Source: Thermoplasmata archaeon
GTDB taxonomy: Archaea; Thermoplasmatota; Thermoplasmata; Lutacidiplasmatales; UBA184
DNA length: 64,000 nt
NCBI GenBank assembly: GCA_022750435.1
Contig: JAKIVS010000009.1
Span: 6,909-70,908 of the forward strand
Direction of reading: 5' to 3'
Part shown: positions 35,801 through 43,563 of the stretch, one piece after another
How the letters are laid out: each line of letters starts with the position of its first letter
How positions within the stretch are numbered: the stretch's first letter is position 1
Notes under the pieces: model-generated
What the model saw: only the letters and a program-made list of their open reading frames with translations
Database searches by the model: none
What the model was told of the DNA's origin: nothing
Program-made: the position numbers and the translations under genes

Positions 35801-36280
35801 GAGCACCGCCAGATCGGCGGTGATCGTCGAGGACTGGACCCAGACGCTGCCTTGGTCGTTGAACGTGTAGAGGTGGCCGAGCCGGTTCCCAATTGTGCCA
35901 GTCGTGCCGATGTACTGGACGAACTCGAACGTGGTCTGCTTGATGTACAGCTGGCCGCCGGGAAGGACGGTCACGTTGCCGCCCTGGTAGTAGGTCTGGT
36001 GAGACGAGGAGCCGGGCGCGATGACGTACGGGGAGTTGGACGGGCCCACGACGAGGTCTCCATGGGTGACCGCGGCGGGCTGGACGGCCGCGTGGGCGAG
36101 GCTCGGGGCGCTCGAGCGCACCGGGAACGCGGCGGAGGCTCCGGCCGGGGACGCCGGGACGGCCAAAAGGCTCGCCACGAGCAGCAGGAGCAGGAAGCCG
36201 AGAACCCAACGTCCGGACGGTCGGCGACGGGCGAGCGCCGTCCCTCTCCCAAGTGGAGGGGGGACTAGAAAACGGTCCAC
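32846..36280 (-). CDS. Giant S-layer/adhesin-like glycoprotein: signal peptide, ~880-aa sequon-rich ectodomain, one TM, cytoplasmic tail with three zinc ribbons
   Basis: The ORF extends to TTG 36316, but that codon lies inside the TATA box, so I start at GTG 36280. The signal peptide is RRRPSGRWVLGFLLLLLVASLLAVPASPAGASA. I count more than 20 N-x-S/T sequons by eye. The TM is LIPLWLLLVIIVAAIVAVIGLLFFF. The tail contains CGECG-x11-CPKCG, CSRCG-x10-CPEC, a P/A/T-rich linker and a terminal CSNCG-x10-CPFCG. Confidence 0.8.
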   Translation of the reverse strand: MDRFLVPPPLGRGTALARRRPSGRWVLGFLLLLLVASLLAVPASPAGASAAFPVRSSAPSLAHAAVQPAAVTHGDLVVGPSNSPYVIAPGSSSHQTYYQGGNVTVLPGGQLYIKQTTFEFVQYIGTTGTIGNRLGHLYTFNDQGSVWVQSSTITADLAVLNAYAKVSINVTAPGQMYVNSSGLQFAGAVSVYGLGAALWVNSSTLGRNPDNLELPNATNPANTATTNDSLYGPTLAVTGGGRLTLGASTESATYADNWSLSGSPQPNPLTDSFAASISSSQSGTFSAFTTASDPTSLLQDTLYRTVTAGSITIGYNATVDEQATTNSITYTGTTSLGTIVYGAADTQVTVALPAAAISEINALGVPAFFAAASSGGVSVSLGTTNSATPVALTLIQVNLVAGTSFNITVSGSGSTLTAVDSTLGINWYPVAPFPRPPTAPPVSQPWLSNKVIVSNGAHAFLGDLTTVVAPNPQNVTDISAVLPDASSQAYFYRWMDIPVYGAGNQPVAGGSAVAYYAYDNNQANNATATALNNLATADPDLAGYVAAWDAQNDVSTYGGTNPLTGTASLLLLAGNLSYSTLQDGQFLGDYHVVVTVAGGRAGPPTWFTGSVSPYPTNMNPATGDVQAPTVFPLYRPALGASVASVTVGAANATLNTNNTLAIGESTNFTVTISNIGTGAVALYNVTLEATPSKPGQNGTVLGAKNGTTPLAVGANLSFVFPWVVNETVTGIPHPPINQTFLAIVLWNQGIAPIGGLVEASVNKTIEPSYISLSFTGPVGQLTAGANYVGSVTLLFAGNQSAYLNVTAIGTAGDYALSTQSTVSGTGLTVELFLPSSMANGQYSVQVTAYHQGRTASKNVTDEFSIGPPASAAPTFWNQKIFGLIPLWLLLVIIVAAIVAVIGLLFFFQRQAKGKLVECGECGNLIPEDATTCPKCGAEFEVDLVRCSRCGSTIPSKSEVCPECAAQLLGKGELETSDPERQGYSDYVGRFRGEAKKELGENYGEGAFWDWWKRQPTYLPYSQWKVQQSQGSRAGMGAPPEDAATEAPGPQAVSTPTTAPPPKKGGGAGGASAPPPAARSPASKAVPTAAAPAPTPTTASANAPATPPATPAGGAGQAPMKACSNCGKEIPPEYLVCPFCGAVTQ

Positions 36281-36305
36281 GACCGAAATTAAGTGAAACT
36301 CCCGG

Positions 36306-36313
36306 TATAAAAA
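36306..36313 (-). promoter_or_regulatory. Canonical archaeal TATA box (TTTTTATA on the minus strand)
   Basis: The plus strand reads TATAAAAA at 36306-36313. GTG 36280 lies 26 nt downstream of it on the minus strand, consistent with a leaderless or near-leaderless mRNA. Confidence 0.55.
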
Positions 36314-36385
36314 CAATCCCGGCGCGCCGGCACGCCCGGAAATTCTCGTCGGCGCGTCGTATAACGCGAGCCCGTCCCGGCCGGG

Positions 36386-37420
36386 TCAGGGGCCTCGCAG
36401 GACGACCTTGCCGAAGAGGTCCGGGGCATCGAGGCGCGCGAACGCCTCCGGCCCCTGCTCGAAGCCGAACTCCCGGTCGATCACCGGGCGGAGACGTCCC
36501 GCCGCAAGCTCCGCGAGCACTTCGTCGAACTCCCGCGCGTTCCCCATCGTGCTCCCCCGAATGGAGCCCTGCCGCCAGAACAGGGTCCGGAGGTCGACCT
36601 CCGCGATCGGGCCGGTCGTCGCCCCGATCACGACCACGCGACCGCCCCGGGCGAGCGCCTTCACGGACCGGGGGATCGTCTCGCGGCCGACGGAGTCGAA
36701 GATCACGTCCACGCCCCGCTTCCCCGACCATTCCCAGAGCACCCGGTCGAGCGGGCGGTCCGGCCCGGTCGCGAGGACCGCATCCGCCCCGAGCGAGCGC
36801 GCGGCGTCCCCCTTCGCCTCGCTCCGGGTCGTCACGGCGACCGTCGCCCCCAGGGATTTCGCGACCTGCACCGCGGCCGAGGCGACGCCCCCGCCGGCAC
36901 CAACGATGGCGACGGTCGTGCCGGGCCGGGTCATCCCGATCGTCCGGATCGCCCGCCACGCCGTCTGGAAGACCAACGGGACCGCGGCCGCCTGCCCGAA
37001 CGTCCAACCGGTCGGGACGGGGCGTACATTCCGCTCGGGCACCACGACGAACTCGGTCGCACTCCCTTGGGTATGCTCCCCGAGGATCCGGTACGACCGG
37101 CACATCGATTCCTCGTGGGCGAGACAGGACTCGCACGTGCCGTCCCAGAGTCCCGGGTTGACGAGCACCGGGTCCCCGGGTCGGACCTCGGTGACTCCCA
37201 ACCCCACCAAGTCGACCTCCCCGGCGGCGTCGGAGCCGAGCACGTGCGGCCGCTCGATGGGAACGCCGGGGATCCCGGTAAGGACGTGCCGGTCGAGCCG
37301 GTTGAAGGCGGCGGCCCGGACGCGGATGCGGACCTCTCCGGGGCCGGGTTGCGGTTCGGGAATATCCACGAAGGCGACGCGGCTCCGGTCTCCGTGCTCG
37401 GCGAAGCCGAGCCCTCTCAT
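36386..37420 (-). CDS. Zinc-type alcohol dehydrogenase / quinone oxidoreductase (MDR family)
   Basis: Starts at ATG 37420 (MRGLGF...), overlapping the cysS stop (ATGA). GSDAAGEV, the structural-zinc-like GTCESCLAHEESMC and the NAD(P) site IVGAGGGVASAAVQVAK are present. Confidence 0.85.
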   Translation of the reverse strand: MRGLGFAEHGDRSRVAFVDIPEPQPGPGEVRIRVRAAAFNRLDRHVLTGIPGVPIERPHVLGSDAAGEVDLVGLGVTEVRPGDPVLVNPGLWDGTCESCLAHEESMCRSYRILGEHTQGSATEFVVVPERNVRPVPTGWTFGQAAAVPLVFQTAWRAIRTIGMTRPGTTVAIVGAGGGVASAAVQVAKSLGATVAVTTRSEAKGDAARSLGADAVLATGPDRPLDRVLWEWSGKRGVDVIFDSVGRETIPRSVKALARGGRVVVIGATTGPIAEVDLRTLFWRQGSIRGSTMGNAREFDEVLAELAAGRLRPVIDREFGFEQGPEAFARLDAPDLFGKVVLRGP

Positions 37421-38862
37421 ACGGAAGGCCCCGCGAGGCGCCACCGGGTCGAGGACCCGTCGTCTTCGACCCGGACCCCGGCGGCGATCAGCTCGTCCCG
37501 GATCCGGTCGGCCTCGGTGAAGTCACTCCGTGCGCGGGCCCGGGCCCGGGCGTCGAGGGCGAGGCGGATGACGCCCGAGAGCGTGCCGTCGCCGGCGGAG
37601 CTTTCGCTCGCCCCCAACAATCCGAGGACCTCGCCGGCCCAGTCGTGGGGGCCAAGAAGCGTATCGAGCGCGGTCGTCGAGAGGCCGTCGAGCTTCGGGA
37701 GGAGTTCGGTGAGGGTCTTCGTCCACCGAAACAGGAGCGCGATGGTCTCGCGGGTGTTGAAATCGTGGCTGAGGAGTTCGTCCAGCTCTTCGACGGTGCT
37801 CACGGCCGACGACTCAAGTTCCGGGGAGAGCTCTTCCCCCTCGCGGTCCGGGCCGGCCGCGGTCCGCGCGGCGCGCAATCGCACCGCGACGGAGTCGAGC
37901 GCCCGATACGCCTCGGCCGCTTCCTCGAGGCTTCGTCCCGGCACGAAGTCGAGGGGGGAGCGGTAGTGGGCGTTGAGGTAGTAGAAGCGGACCACCTGAG
38001 GGCTGAAGGTGTCGATCGATTCGGAGAGCCCGACGACGTTCCCCAACGACTTCGACATCTTCTCCCCCTTCAGGGTGAGGAGACCGACGTGCATCCAGAA
38101 GTTCACGAGCGGGGACTCGCCGGTCGCGGCCTCGGCCTGGGCGATCTCCGCCTCGTGGTGCGGGAACTTCAGGTCGGCGCCGCCGCCGTGGATGTCGTAG
38201 CGCGGTCCGAACAATCGGACGGTGATCGCCGTGTCCTCGATGTGCCAGCCGGGGCGTCCCGGGCCCCAGGGGGACTCCCAGTTCGGTTCGCCCGGCGTGG
38301 CCGCCTTCCAGAGGACGAAGTCCCCCGGAGAGCGCTTGCCCGGCTCGGGGTCGACCCTGGCGCCGGGCCGGAGCGCATCGAGTTTCTGCCCGGACAGGGC
38401 GCCGTACCGGGGAAACTTCGCGATGTCGTAGTAGACCGATCCCCGGGCCTCGTACGCGAACCCGCGGTCGACGAGCTGCTGGATCTGGGCGAGGATCTCC
38501 GGGATGTAGTCGGTGGCATGGGGGTAGTAGTTCACCGACCGGATGCCGAGCCGGGCCATGTCGCCGTACCAGACCGCCATGTGCCGGTCGGCGAGCGCCA
38601 TCGGGTCGGTTCCCGACTCCCCGCCGCGCGCGATCAACCGGTCGTCGAGGTTCGTCACGTTCTGGACGGAGAACACCCGGTAGCCCCAACGTCGGAGGGC
38701 GCGGGCGACCACGTCGAACGTGACCGGTCCCTTCGCGTGGCCAATGTGGGCGTCGGAGTACGGGGTCAGGCCGCAGACGAACAGGCCCACCTTCGGCGGG
38801 GTGATCGGCACGAACATCCGCGTTTCGCGGCTGAGCGTGTCGTACAACTCGAACCGGCGCAC
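37417..38862 (-). CDS. cysS: Cysteinyl-tRNA synthetase
   Basis: 481 aa with a GTG start. [14 protein letters not shown] (HIGH), GWHIEDTA and KMSKSLGN (KMSKS) are present. Confidence 0.94.
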   Translation of the reverse strand: MRRFELYDTLSRETRMFVPITPPKVGLFVCGLTPYSDAHIGHAKGPVTFDVVARALRRWGYRVFSVQNVTNLDDRLIARGGESGTDPMALADRHMAVWYGDMARLGIRSVNYYPHATDYIPEILAQIQQLVDRGFAYEARGSVYYDIAKFPRYGALSGQKLDALRPGARVDPEPGKRSPGDFVLWKAATPGEPNWESPWGPGRPGWHIEDTAITVRLFGPRYDIHGGGADLKFPHHEAEIAQAEAATGESPLVNFWMHVGLLTLKGEKMSKSLGNVVGLSESIDTFSPQVVRFYYLNAHYRSPLDFVPGRSLEEAAEAYRALDSVAVRLRAARTAAGPDREGEELSPELESSAVSTVEELDELLSHDFNTRETIALLFRWTKTLTELLPKLDGLSTTALDTLLGPHDWAGEVLGLLGASESSAGDGTLSGVIRLALDARARARARSDFTEADRIRDELIAAGVRVEDDGSSTRWRLAGPSV

Positions 38863-38866
38863 GACG

Positions 38867-40015
38867 TCACACGCTCCCGAGGGCGGTCCGAAGGTCGTCG
38901 GCGAGGTCCGCGGGGTCCTCGATCCCGCAGCTGAGCCGGACCAGCCCGTCGGTGACCCCGTGCGCCTCCCGCTCGGCGCGCGGGACGGAGGCGTGGGTCA
39001 TCGACGCCGGGTGGTCGACCAGCGATTCGACCCCGCCGAGGCTCTCGGCGAGGGTGAACACCCGGAGCGAGCGGAGAAACCTCCGCGCGGCAGGGAGTCC
39101 GCCCGTGAGCTCGAAGGAGACCATCCCGCCGTAGCCGGACATCTGGCGCGCCGCGACGCGGTGCTGGGGGTGGGAGGCAAGGCCGGGGTAGTGGACCGCC
39201 CGGACCTTACGGGATGGGACCAACACCTCGGTGGCGGCGCGCGCGCCGGCTCCGTGGGCCCGCATCCGGAGCCCGAGCGTGTGCATCCCCCGGAGCACGA
39301 GGAACGAGTCGAAGGGACTCGGCACCGCCCCGACGGCGTTCTGCAGCCACCGGAGCCGCTCGCCGCGCGACTTCGATTTGACCACGAGCGCGCCGCCGAT
39401 GACGTCGGAGTGGCCGCCAAGGTACTTGGTGGTGGAATGCAGGACGATGTCCGCCCCGAGGGGGATCGGGCGCTGGAGGGCGGGCGACGCGAAGGTGTTG
39501 TCGACGACGAACGTCGCGCGTCGGGCGTGGGCGACCTTCGCCACGGCGGCGAGGTCGATGACGCGCAGGAGCGGGTTCGTCGGCGATTCGGCGTAGACCA
39601 TCGTGGGTGCGGTCCCTCCGGCCACCGAGGCCCGGAGGGCGTCGAGGTCGGTCAGGTCGACGTAGTCGGTGCGGACGCCGAAGGTGCGCCGGTGATGCTC
39701 AAGGAGGCGCCACGTACCGCCGTACAGGTCGGTGTCCGCGACGATCCGGGCCTGCGAGGGGATCGATTCCAGGAGGGTCGCGAGTGCCCCGAGGCCACTC
39801 GAGAACGCGAGCCCGACCGATCCTTCCTCGAGGGTCGCCAGTGCCGACTCGAGGACGGTCCGAGTCGGGTTCGCCGAGCGGCTGTAGACGTACCCCTTGT
39901 TCCGGTTCGGGGCGGACTGGGCAAAGGTGCTGGAGAGGTAGACGGGGACGTTCACGGCCCCGGTCAACGGGTCGGGCGGCTGGGCCGCGTGGATCAGCTT
40001 CGTATCAAACCGCAT
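38867..40015 (-). CDS. Cystathionine gamma-lyase/synthase family PLP enzyme (Cys/Met metabolism)
   Basis: Starts at ATG 40015 (MRFDTKLIHAAQ...). YSRSANPT, FSSGLGA and STTKYLGGHSDV (PLP-lysine) are present. The start overlaps the CBS gene end by 11 nt. Confidence 0.85.
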   Translation of the reverse strand: MRFDTKLIHAAQPPDPLTGAVNVPVYLSSTFAQSAPNRNKGYVYSRSANPTRTVLESALATLEEGSVGLAFSSGLGALATLLESIPSQARIVADTDLYGGTWRLLEHHRRTFGVRTDYVDLTDLDALRASVAGGTAPTMVYAESPTNPLLRVIDLAAVAKVAHARRATFVVDNTFASPALQRPIPLGADIVLHSTTKYLGGHSDVIGGALVVKSKSRGERLRWLQNAVGAVPSPFDSFLVLRGMHTLGLRMRAHGAGARAATEVLVPSRKVRAVHYPGLASHPQHRVAARQMSGYGGMVSFELTGGLPAARRFLRSLRVFTLAESLGGVESLVDHPASMTHASVPRAEREAHGVTDGLVRLSCGIEDPADLADDLRTALGSV

Positions 40016-41402
40016 GGCTGCCCCCCGGGTGGGACAGGAAGGCGAACACATCCCGACGGGTAAGGAGCCCGACCGGACGGTGTCCCGGGGCGGAGCGCAC
40101 GAGGATCGCGCGCGACTCCTTCAGCCGGACGAGGAGCTCCCCGAGCGGTGCGTCCGCGTCGACCTCGGGGAACGGAGGCCCGAGGACGGCCGACACGGTG
40201 CGCTCGAGCACCGTCTCGTCGGCGAGGGCCCGTTGCAGGATCTCCTCCTCGGTGAGGCTGCCGACGTTCTCGGCGCCCGAGAGGACCGGAAGTTGGGAGA
40301 CCTCGTGACGGCGGAGAAGTTCGAGCGCCTCCCGCACGACCGTCGTCGGTTCCACGCTGACCAACGCAGGGACGCCCTCTTTCGCCGCCAAGAGGTCCGC
40401 CGCGCGGCCCTGGTCGTCGAGGAGCCCCTTCTCCCGCATCCACTCGTCCGAGTAGAATTTCGAGAGGTACCGGTCGCCGGAGTCGGGCAAGAGGACAACG
40501 ACGGTCGACCCGGTCGGGAGGGGCCGCGTGGCCAACCAGCGGAGCACCCCCGCCACGGCGGCTCCGGAGGAGCCGCCGACGAACAGCCCCTCCTCGCGCA
40601 CCAGTCGACGCGCATAGGAGAACGACTCGCGGTCGTCGACTTCGACGAACTCATCGATGTACTGGAAGTGGACGGTCTTCGGGACCATGTCCTCCCCGAT
40701 CCCCTCGACGAGGTACGGGGTCACCTTCGTGAGCTCGTGCGTCCGGAAGTAGTGACCGAGGACCGAGCCCTTCGGGTCGACCGCCACAATCCGGACGTCG
40801 GGTCGGTGCTCCTTGAAGTACCGGCCGATCCCGCTGATGGTCCCACCGGTGCCGATCGTCGCCACCACGGCCCCGAGGGTCTCCCCGCCCTGGCGGGAAA
40901 TCTCCGGCCCTGTCGTGTGGTAGTGCGCGTCGGGGTTGCCCGCGTTCTCGTACTGGTTCGGGTGGTAGGCGCCCGGAATCTCCTTCGCGAGCCGCTGTGC
41001 CACCGAGTAGTGGCTCATCGGGTGGTCGGGGGGCAGCTGGCTCGGGGTCACGACGACCCGGGCGCCGTACGCGCGCAGGAGCCGAATCTTCTCGGCGCTC
41101 ATCTTGTCCGGTAGGACGAAGACGGAGCGGTATCCGCGGACCGCGGCGACGAGAGCCAAGCCCACTCCCGTGTTCCCGCTCGTCGCTTCGACGATCGTTC
41201 CCCCCGGCTTGAGCCACCCCTTCACCTCGGCCTCGTCGATCATCCGGGCGCCGATCCGGTCCTTGACCGACCCGCCCGGGTTGAGATACTCCAACTTCGC
41301 CAGGATCCGGTACGGCAGATCCTTGCCGACGCGATGGAGGGGGAGGACGGGCGTCTCCCCGATCAGGTCGAGGATGGTCGACGGGTTAGAACGGTCCGCC
41401 AC
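40005..41402 (-). CDS. Cystathionine beta-synthase (PLP domain plus C-terminal tandem CBS domains)
   Basis: 465 aa with a GTG start. LNPGGSVKDRIG (PLP-lysine), TSGNTGVGLA and GTGGTISG are present, followed by ~130 aa with two CBS-pair-like repeats. Confidence 0.88.
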   Translation of the reverse strand: MADRSNPSTILDLIGETPVLPLHRVGKDLPYRILAKLEYLNPGGSVKDRIGARMIDEAEVKGWLKPGGTIVEATSGNTGVGLALVAAVRGYRSVFVLPDKMSAEKIRLLRAYGARVVVTPSQLPPDHPMSHYSVAQRLAKEIPGAYHPNQYENAGNPDAHYHTTGPEISRQGGETLGAVVATIGTGGTISGIGRYFKEHRPDVRIVAVDPKGSVLGHYFRTHELTKVTPYLVEGIGEDMVPKTVHFQYIDEFVEVDDRESFSYARRLVREEGLFVGGSSGAAVAGVLRWLATRPLPTGSTVVVLLPDSGDRYLSKFYSDEWMREKGLLDDQGRAADLLAAKEGVPALVSVEPTTVVREALELLRRHEVSQLPVLSGAENVGSLTEEEILQRALADETVLERTVSAVLGPPFPEVDADAPLGELLVRLKESRAILVRSAPGHRPVGLLTRRDVFAFLSHPGGSHAV

Positions 41403-41423
41403 GCGCGGGCAAGCGGGGGGCGG

Positions 41424-41430
41424 AATAAAG
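41424..41430. promoter_or_regulatory. AT-rich TATA-like box shared by divergent CBS (41402) and BlaI-like (41450) genes
   Basis: AATAAAG lies 23-25 nt from the GTG start codons on both strands. It is flanked downstream by the direct repeat ACGTGT-n9-ACGTGT (41431-41451). Confidence 0.4.
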
Positions 41431-41449
41431 ACGTGTTCGGACAGAACGT

Positions 41450-41857
41450 GTGGGAAAGTTAAAGCGCCCGAGCGACTCCCCGTCCTTCCCCACCTCCCCG
41501 ATGATCGGTTCGCTCGAAGCTGAGGTCCTGCGCGCCCTGCGGGAGCTCGACGAGGCTCCGGCCCGGAACGTGCAGGCTCGCCTCAAGCTCCGGGGGGTCC
41601 GCGTGGCGTACACGACCGTGGCGACGAGCCTCGGCCGGTTGTTCGACAAGGGGCTGGTCCGGCGGCGGCGCGAGACGTGTCGCGGCGGGGAGCGGTACTT
41701 GTACCGGAGCGTGAACTTCGAGCGCGAGTATCTCCGCGACGTGCTGCGCGGGGTCGTCACCCTGTTCGGTCCCTCCGGGGTCGTCCACCTGAACCAGGAG
41801 CTCGCCAAGCTCCACCCGGCCGAGGAGCGAGAGCTCCGCCGCCGACTGAAGCTGTAG
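41450..41857 (+). CDS. BlaI/MecI/CopY-family winged-helix transcriptional repressor
   Basis: LEAEVLRALRELDEAPARNVQARL...VAYTTVATSLGRLFDKGLVRRR...YLYRSV fits the penicillinase-repressor family. The start is GTG 41450 or ATG 41501 (MIGSLEAEVL). Confidence 0.72.
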   Translation: MGKLKRPSDSPSFPTSPMIGSLEAEVLRALRELDEAPARNVQARLKLRGVRVAYTTVATSLGRLFDKGLVRRRRETCRGGERYLYRSVNFEREYLRDVLRGVVTLFGPSGVVHLNQELAKLHPAEERELRRRLKL

Positions 41858-41876
41858 CCACGCTGAGGCGCTCGGG

Positions 41877-42776
41877 ATGCCCTCGCCTCTCTTCGTGGCG
41901 TTGTACATTCCGGTCGTCGTCTGGGCGGCCACCGGGCTCGGCCTGCTCTACGCCTTCCGACGGTCGGCGCCGCCCGTCGTACTCCGCCTCGCGGCAACGT
42001 TTCTGGCGTTGTGGGCCCTTCTCGCGACGACGACCCTCGCCTGGGTCCTGACGCGGGGCGGCTGGAGCGCGATCGTCACGCTGGTGCAGCATCCGCTCCT
42101 CTTGTTCCGCCCCAGCGCCGCGATCCTCTGGGTCGAGGGGGCCGTCGGAGCGTCCCTCGTCTTCACCGTCGCGTTCCTGTTGAACCAGCTGGTGGGACGG
42201 GGATTCCTCCACCTTCTCCATCCGTCCGAGCGGCCGTGGCCGCCGCGGCTTCCGGCCCCGCGCGACCCGACCTCGTTCCTCGTGTTCCCCTCCGAGCGAC
42301 CCGAGGCGTTCTCCTTCACCCTCCTCGAGCTGGGGGGCCGGTTCGGGGTCCACCGGCGCGAGGTCATCCTGATGTCCGAGGGGCTGGAACGCCGGCTGAC
42401 GGTCGAGGAGGTCGAGGCGGTCGTCGCCCACGAGCTCGGCCACATCCGGGGCCTCGACAGCCGCTACCTGACGTTCCTGCGGACGCTGTCGCGCATGATG
42501 CGGTGGGACCCCCTCCTCGCGTACCTTGCCTACACGCTCACGCGCCGGGAGGAGTTTCGCGCCGACGCCGAAGCCGCGCGGCTCACCCGCCGTCCACTCG
42601 CCCTGGCCCGCGCGTTGTACAAGGCGATGAGCGGTACGCCGCCGCCCTTCCCGTTGGGAGGCGACGCGTTCCTCGGAGGTGCCGGGGAGCGAGGACGGAC
42701 CGAGGCGCTCGAGCGGATCCGCCGGCTCGTGGCGATGGAGGAGTCGGGCGCCTTCGCCGAGGTGGACGGTGCGTAG
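41877..42776 (+). CDS. BlaR1-like M56/M48 zinc metalloprotease, membrane-bound, no sensor domain
   Basis: 299 aa with 3-4 N-terminal TM helices. The HExxH motif is in VVAHELGHIRGLD, with a downstream EEFRADAEAA. It lies directly after the BlaI-like gene. Confidence 0.75.
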   Translation: MPSPLFVALYIPVVVWAATGLGLLYAFRRSAPPVVLRLAATFLALWALLATTTLAWVLTRGGWSAIVTLVQHPLLLFRPSAAILWVEGAVGASLVFTVAFLLNQLVGRGFLHLLHPSERPWPPRLPAPRDPTSFLVFPSERPEAFSFTLLELGGRFGVHRREVILMSEGLERRLTVEEVEAVVAHELGHIRGLDSRYLTFLRTLSRMMRWDPLLAYLAYTLTRREEFRADAEAARLTRRPLALARALYKAMSGTPPPFPLGGDAFLGGAGERGRTEALERIRRLVAMEESGAFAEVDGA

Positions 42777-43563
42777 GGGACGCATCGTCCTCCCACTTCT
42801 GCTGGCCGTCCTCCTTCTCGCGCCGGGCTGGATCGCGGCGGCCGCGCCTTCCCCCCCGACGGCGCCGATCGCGTCCTGGGGGCGCTTCCTGACAGGGATC
42901 TCCGTCCCGGCCGTCGCCCCCGGAGCCTCCGAAGTCGTCGCGTTCACCTTGCAAGACCCGCTCGGAGTGCCGATGAGCGGCATCCTGCTGACCTTCGGGG
43001 TCTACGCGTTCAACGCCTACCCGGGCAATGCCACCGGAGCCGTGCCCGGCGGCGGCCCTGTGTTCTCGGGCAATGGCGTCGGGGCCGGTAGCTCGGTGAC
43101 CATCGGCGTGGGCAACCTGACGCCGAACGGGACCGCCTTCTCCTCTCCCGGGAGCATCTCCCTGATCGTGGCCGCCCCCGCCGGAGCCCCCCAAGGGACC
43201 TACGCGATCCGTACCTCCGTTTCGTTCCTCGCCGGCGGGAGCGCCTACCTCCTCGAATCCCGTGGATTCTTCTCCGCCTCGGAGTGGGCGAACGCCACGG
43301 CTCCGCCCGGCGCGCCGTCGACGCTGAACGTCAGCCGGCTCGGTGTCTCCGGTGTCCTTCCCGAAACCGGACTCCTCGTCCGGTCGAACCCGTTCCCGGT
43401 CGCCCTCTCGCTCGTGCTCGCCGGCGCGGTCGTCCTCGCCGCGCTCGGGGGCTACTGGGCGGTTCGGCGGGGGCCTCGCTCCAAATCCGGTGCCAACGCC
43501 GGTCCGCCGCCCAACCAGGCGGAGACCGCTTTCGGGAACAACCGGAGCAACGACGGGGACTGA
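42769..43563 (+). CDS. Exported protein with signal peptide and C-terminal TM anchor, unknown function
   Basis: I place the start at GTG 42769 (VRRGRIVLPLLLAVLLLAPGWIAAAAP), overlapping the protease stop by 8 nt. It has sequons (NAT, NLT, NGT, NVS) and a C-terminal TM PVALSLVLAGAVVLAALGGYWAV. Its 3' end overlaps the convergent GGR gene by 112 nt. Confidence 0.55.
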   Translation: MRRGRIVLPLLLAVLLLAPGWIAAAAPSPPTAPIASWGRFLTGISVPAVAPGASEVVAFTLQDPLGVPMSGILLTFGVYAFNAYPGNATGAVPGGGPVFSGNGVGAGSSVTIGVGNLTPNGTAFSSPGSISLIVAAPAGAPQGTYAIRTSVSFLAGGSAYLLESRGFFSASEWANATAPPGAPSTLNVSRLGVSGVLPETGLLVRSNPFPVALSLVLAGAVVLAALGGYWAVRRGPRSKSGANAGPPPNQAETAFGNNRSNDGD

